Origin: Bacteroidales bacterium
GTDB lineage: Bacteria > Bacteroidota > Bacteroidia > Bacteroidales > Bacteroidaceae
Direction of reading: 5' to 3'
DNA length: 64,000 bases
Assembly: GCA_029227175.1 (NCBI GenBank)
Contig: JAQXZK010000137.1
Location: 7,467 to 71,466, forward strand
The notes beneath the pieces are model-generated. The model was not told where the DNA came from. It ran no database searches and saw only the letters and a list, made by a program, of their open reading frames with translations. Of the stretch, positions 61,112-64,000 are shown in pieces; within the stretch, counting starts at the first letter, position 1, and every line of letters begins with the position of its first letter. Both the position numbers and the translations under genes were made by a program.

Positions 61112-62686
61112 TCATTTATTATTTTTTGGATAGTCAATAGAAAAGTGTAGTCCCCTACTCTCTTTTCGTTCGAGCGCATGCCTCGTGATGAGGTATCCTA
61201 CATTAATCATGTTACGCAATTCGCAGATTTCTTTGTTTGGCTTGACTCGTTTGAACAGGTCTTCGGTTTCTTCATATAACAGGTCGAGTCGTTCCCAGGC
61301 GCGTCTCAGTCGCAAGTCACTTCTGACAATGCCCACATAAGTACTCATTATTTCATTGACTTCTTTCATATCTTGAGAGATGAGTACCTTTTCTTCGTTA
61401 CTCATCATGCCTTCATCGTTCCATTCGGGAATTTTCTCATTGAATGTATAGTCATTGACAACGCCCAAACTGTGTTTAGCGGCTGCTTCAGCATAGACTA
61501 CGGCTTCAATAAGCGAGTTGCTGGCCAATCGGTTTCCTCCATGAAGTCCGGTACAAGAGCACTCTCCTACTGCATAGAGTCGTTTGATGCTTGATTCTGC
61601 GTCTAAATTCACTTTGATGCCACCACACATGTAGTGAGCACATGGTACAACGGGAATGTATTCTTTGGTGATGTCTATTCCTATGCTCATACATTTAGCA
61701 TAGATGTTTGGGAAGTGATGACGTGTCTCTTCCGGGTTCTTATGGGTTACATCGAGATAGACATGGTCAATGGCATGAATCTTCATTTCATTGTCGATGG
61801 CTCTGGCTACTATATCTCGTGGAGCGAGACTTAGTCGATCATCATATTTTTGCATGAACTCGTTTCCGTCAGGCAGTCTTAGTATGCCACCATATCCTCT
61901 CATGGCTTCAGTAATGAGATAGGCAGGATGCGTTTCGTTTGGATTGTAGAGGGCTGTAGGATGGAATTGTACAAATTCCATGTCCTTCACTTTTCCTTTA
62001 GCTCTATAAACCATGGCAATGCCGTCTCCCGTAGCAATATTTGGATTTGTTGTCGTTTTATACACAGCTCCAGTGCCACCGGTAGCAATAAGGGTTACTT
62101 TAGAAAGGAAAGTATCAATCTTTTGTGTTTGTGGATTCAGTATATAGGCTCCGTAACATTCTATATCCGGAGTTCTTCGTGTAATGCGTATACCAAGGTG
62201 ATGCTGAGTTATGATTTCTACAGCGAAATGATGCTCATAGATTGTAATATTTGGGTTCTTTCTAACTGCTTCCATCAGTCCTCGCTGAATTTCTGCACCG
62301 GTATCGTCAGCATGATGAAGAATTCGAAATTCGGAGTGTCCTCCTTCGCGATGAAGGTCAAAATCTCCGTTTTCATTCTTGTCAAAATTTACGCCCCAAT
62401 TTACAAGTTCCTGAATCTGTGAGGGAGCTTCACGTACAACTTTCTCCACTGCCGCTCTGTCACTGATATAGTCTCCAGCAATCATTGTGTCGTTGATATG
62501 CTTGTTAAAATCATCGACCAGCAGATTGGTTACACTGGCTACTCCGCCTTGTGCAAATTTAGTGTTGGCTTCGTCAAGTGTCGTTTTGCAGACCAGGGCA
62601 ACTTTTCCTTTATGTGCCACTTTCAGGGCGTAGCTCATGCCGGCAATGCCGGAACCGATGACAAGGAAATCATATCTTTGTATCAT
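61112..62686 (-). CDS. nadB: L-aspartate oxidase
   Basis: IGSGIAG; AQGGVA; REGGHS; MEFVQFHPT; LAPRDIVARAI; GLHGGNRLASNSL; ESRGLH; -7 box TAACTTTG at 62733-62740. Confidence 0.97.
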   Translation of the reverse strand: MIQRYDFLVIGSGIAGMSYALKVAHKGKVALVCKTTLDEANTKFAQGGVASVTNLLVDDFNKHINDTMIAGDYISDRAAVEKVVREAPSQIQELVNWGVNFDKNENGDFDLHREGGHSEFRILHHADDTGAEIQRGLMEAVRKNPNITIYEHHFAVEIITQHHLGIRITRRTPDIECYGAYILNPQTQKIDTFLSKVTLIATGGTGAVYKTTTNPNIATGDGIAMVYRAKGKVKDMEFVQFHPTALYNPNETHPAYLITEAMRGYGGILRLPDGNEFMQKYDDRLSLAPRDIVARAIDNEMKIHAIDHVYLDVTHKNPEETRHHFPNIYAKCMSIGIDITKEYIPVVPCAHYMCGGIKVNLDAESSIKRLYAVGECSCTGLHGGNRLASNSLIEAVVYAEAAAKHSLGVVNDYTFNEKIPEWNDEGMMSNEEKVLISQDMKEVNEIMSTYVGIVRSDLRLRRAWERLDLLYEETEDLFKRVKPNKEICELRNMINVGYLITRHALERKESRGLHFSIDYPKNNK

Positions 62687-62813
62687 GGTAGTTTATATGT
62701 TTAAGCGTGAATATAATATCATATATATGATGCAAAGTTATGCAATAACCACTTTCAGTGTATTTGTATTCGGATAAAATGTCTAAATTAGCAGCAAAAT
62801 TTTTAATGAATAT

Positions 62814-64000
62814 ATGATAAAGAAAAGGTTCTGGCTGACTGTTTTATTCTTTTTGGTGATAAATGTCTGTAATTCTCAAACGAGTTCACAGTCTCTTGTT
62901 GAGCGTATGGATGACCTCATACAGTATCAACTTCCAACTGGAACAAATGTGGGAATTTTGGCTTATGATTTGACCAGTGAGAAGGTAGTATATGAATATC
63001 AGTCGGACTTGCTATGTCGACCAGCGTCAACTATGAAGCTGCTGACAGCTATTTCTACTCTTTTTCTGACACCTTATGATGCCCCATTCAAAACAGAAGT
63101 ATGGGGTGTAGGTGAAATTAAGAAGGATGTCTTATATGGTGATTTGTATGTTGTCGGTGGTTATGATCCCGAGTTCAATGAAGAATCAATGGAAGGTCTT
63201 GTAGAGCGCATAGAAGCAACAGGAATTCGCGAAATACAGGGTCGGCTCGTTGGTGATGTATCCATGAAGGATTCTTTGTTTTGGGGAAGCGGATGGGCTT
63301 GGGATGATAACCCTGATTATTATCAGCCTTATCTTTCACCGCTGATGTACTGTAAAGGTACGGTTACCGTTAAGGCAATTCCCGATGAACAGGGTCAGCC
63401 TGCCCAAATCACCACTATTCCTCAATCCGGTTATTTCACCATTGATAACCAAACTTTTTCTAAGGCTCCTACCGCAGGAAGATTCCGTGTACAGAGAAAC
63501 TGGTTACAGGACTATCAGGGTCTCAGTGGAGACGGAACGGCAAATTACATCATTGTTTCGGGAAATGTGCAGCATCAGACGGAAGGAACAATCAACGTAT
63601 ATAAGAGTGATGACTATTTTCTCTGTGCCTTGCAAGAAAAACTGGCTGAACGAGGTATCCTAATTTGTGAGTCATCTGCTTCATTCTGTTATGATGTCTT
63701 GCCCTCCGATTCATCTTCCTTGCATTTGTTGGCAACGTGGGAGACCCCTCTCCAGGTTGTGCTCAATAATCAACTCAAGGAAAGCGATAATCTGAATGCT
63801 GAGGCTCTTCTATGTCGTTTGGGCGCATTTGTAAGTGGGCATCGACATATCTCTGTCAATGAGGGTTTAGACGCTATTAGAGGAATTATAAAGGAGTTAG
63901 GATTGAATCCTGCATCCTATAAATTGGCTGATGGAAGCGGATTGAGCGGTTATAATTATCTTTCCCCGGAGTTAGAAGTTGCTTTTCTGCGTTATGCCTA
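62814..64000 (+). CDS. dacB: D-alanyl-D-alanine carboxypeptidase/endopeptidase (PBP4), 3'-truncated by window edge; absent from the ORF track
   Basis: My translation: MIKKRFW signal peptide; PASTMK (SxxK); GDLYVVGGYDP; WGSGWAWDD; KESDN (SxN); DGSGLS. Confidence 0.93.
   Translation, partial: MIKKRFWLTVLFFLVINVCNSQTSSQSLVERMDDLIQYQLPTGTNVGILAYDLTSEKVVYEYQSDLLCRPASTMKLLTAISTLFLTPYDAPFKTEVWGVGEIKKDVLYGDLYVVGGYDPEFNEESMEGLVERIEATGIREIQGRLVGDVSMKDSLFWGSGWAWDDNPDYYQPYLSPLMYCKGTVTVKAIPDEQGQPAQITTIPQSGYFTIDNQTFSKAPTAGRFRVQRNWLQDYQGLSGDGTANYIIVSGNVQHQTEGTINVYKSDDYFLCALQEKLAERGILICESSASFCYDVLPSDSSSLHLLATWETPLQVVLNNQLKESDNLNAEALLCRLGAFVSGHRHISVNEGLDAIRGIIKELGLNPASYKLADGSGLSGYNYLSPELEVAFLRYA

Overview
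Chromosomal window from a Bacteroidales bacterium (Prevotellaceae/Bacteroidaceae-like, judged from TAnnTTTG promoter boxes and gene content), about 55 genes. Left to right: a flippase fragment; an S46 dipeptidyl peptidase; a polysaccharide-export cluster (SLBB exporter, Wzz, YjbH, CapD-like, NTP transferase); two tandem pilin-like lipoproteins; a cobalamin riboswitch controlling a TonB receptor and a BACON lipoprotein; a metal-uptake locus; a chimeric pseudogene and a 42-bp tandem repeat; a long housekeeping run (miaB, ftsX, uppP, truB, queA, folK) followed by a 5-gene putative inositol-lipid cluster; a SAM-II-like riboswitch with metK through tyrS; a TPR regulator, sulfatase, argS, leuS, porZ-like and nadA; a very AT-rich interval that looks like oriC; then a TrmH-family methylase, radical SAM protein, tRNA-Gln, nadB and dacB. 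No integrase, transposase or CRISPR array was seen. Best leads: (1) candidate oriC at 57.6-58.1 kb with non-canonical DnaA-like boxes; (2) a B12-riboswitch-controlled uptake pair that does not look like canonical BtuB/BtuG; (3) a putative inositol-lipid operon with an ITPK1-like ATP-grasp enzyme and no adjacent inositol-phosphate synthase, plus a duplication/G8 junction that could fuse two of its genes; (4) a family of 11/22-bp periodic intergenic repeats. All family assignments come from motif recognition by eye; no database searches were run.
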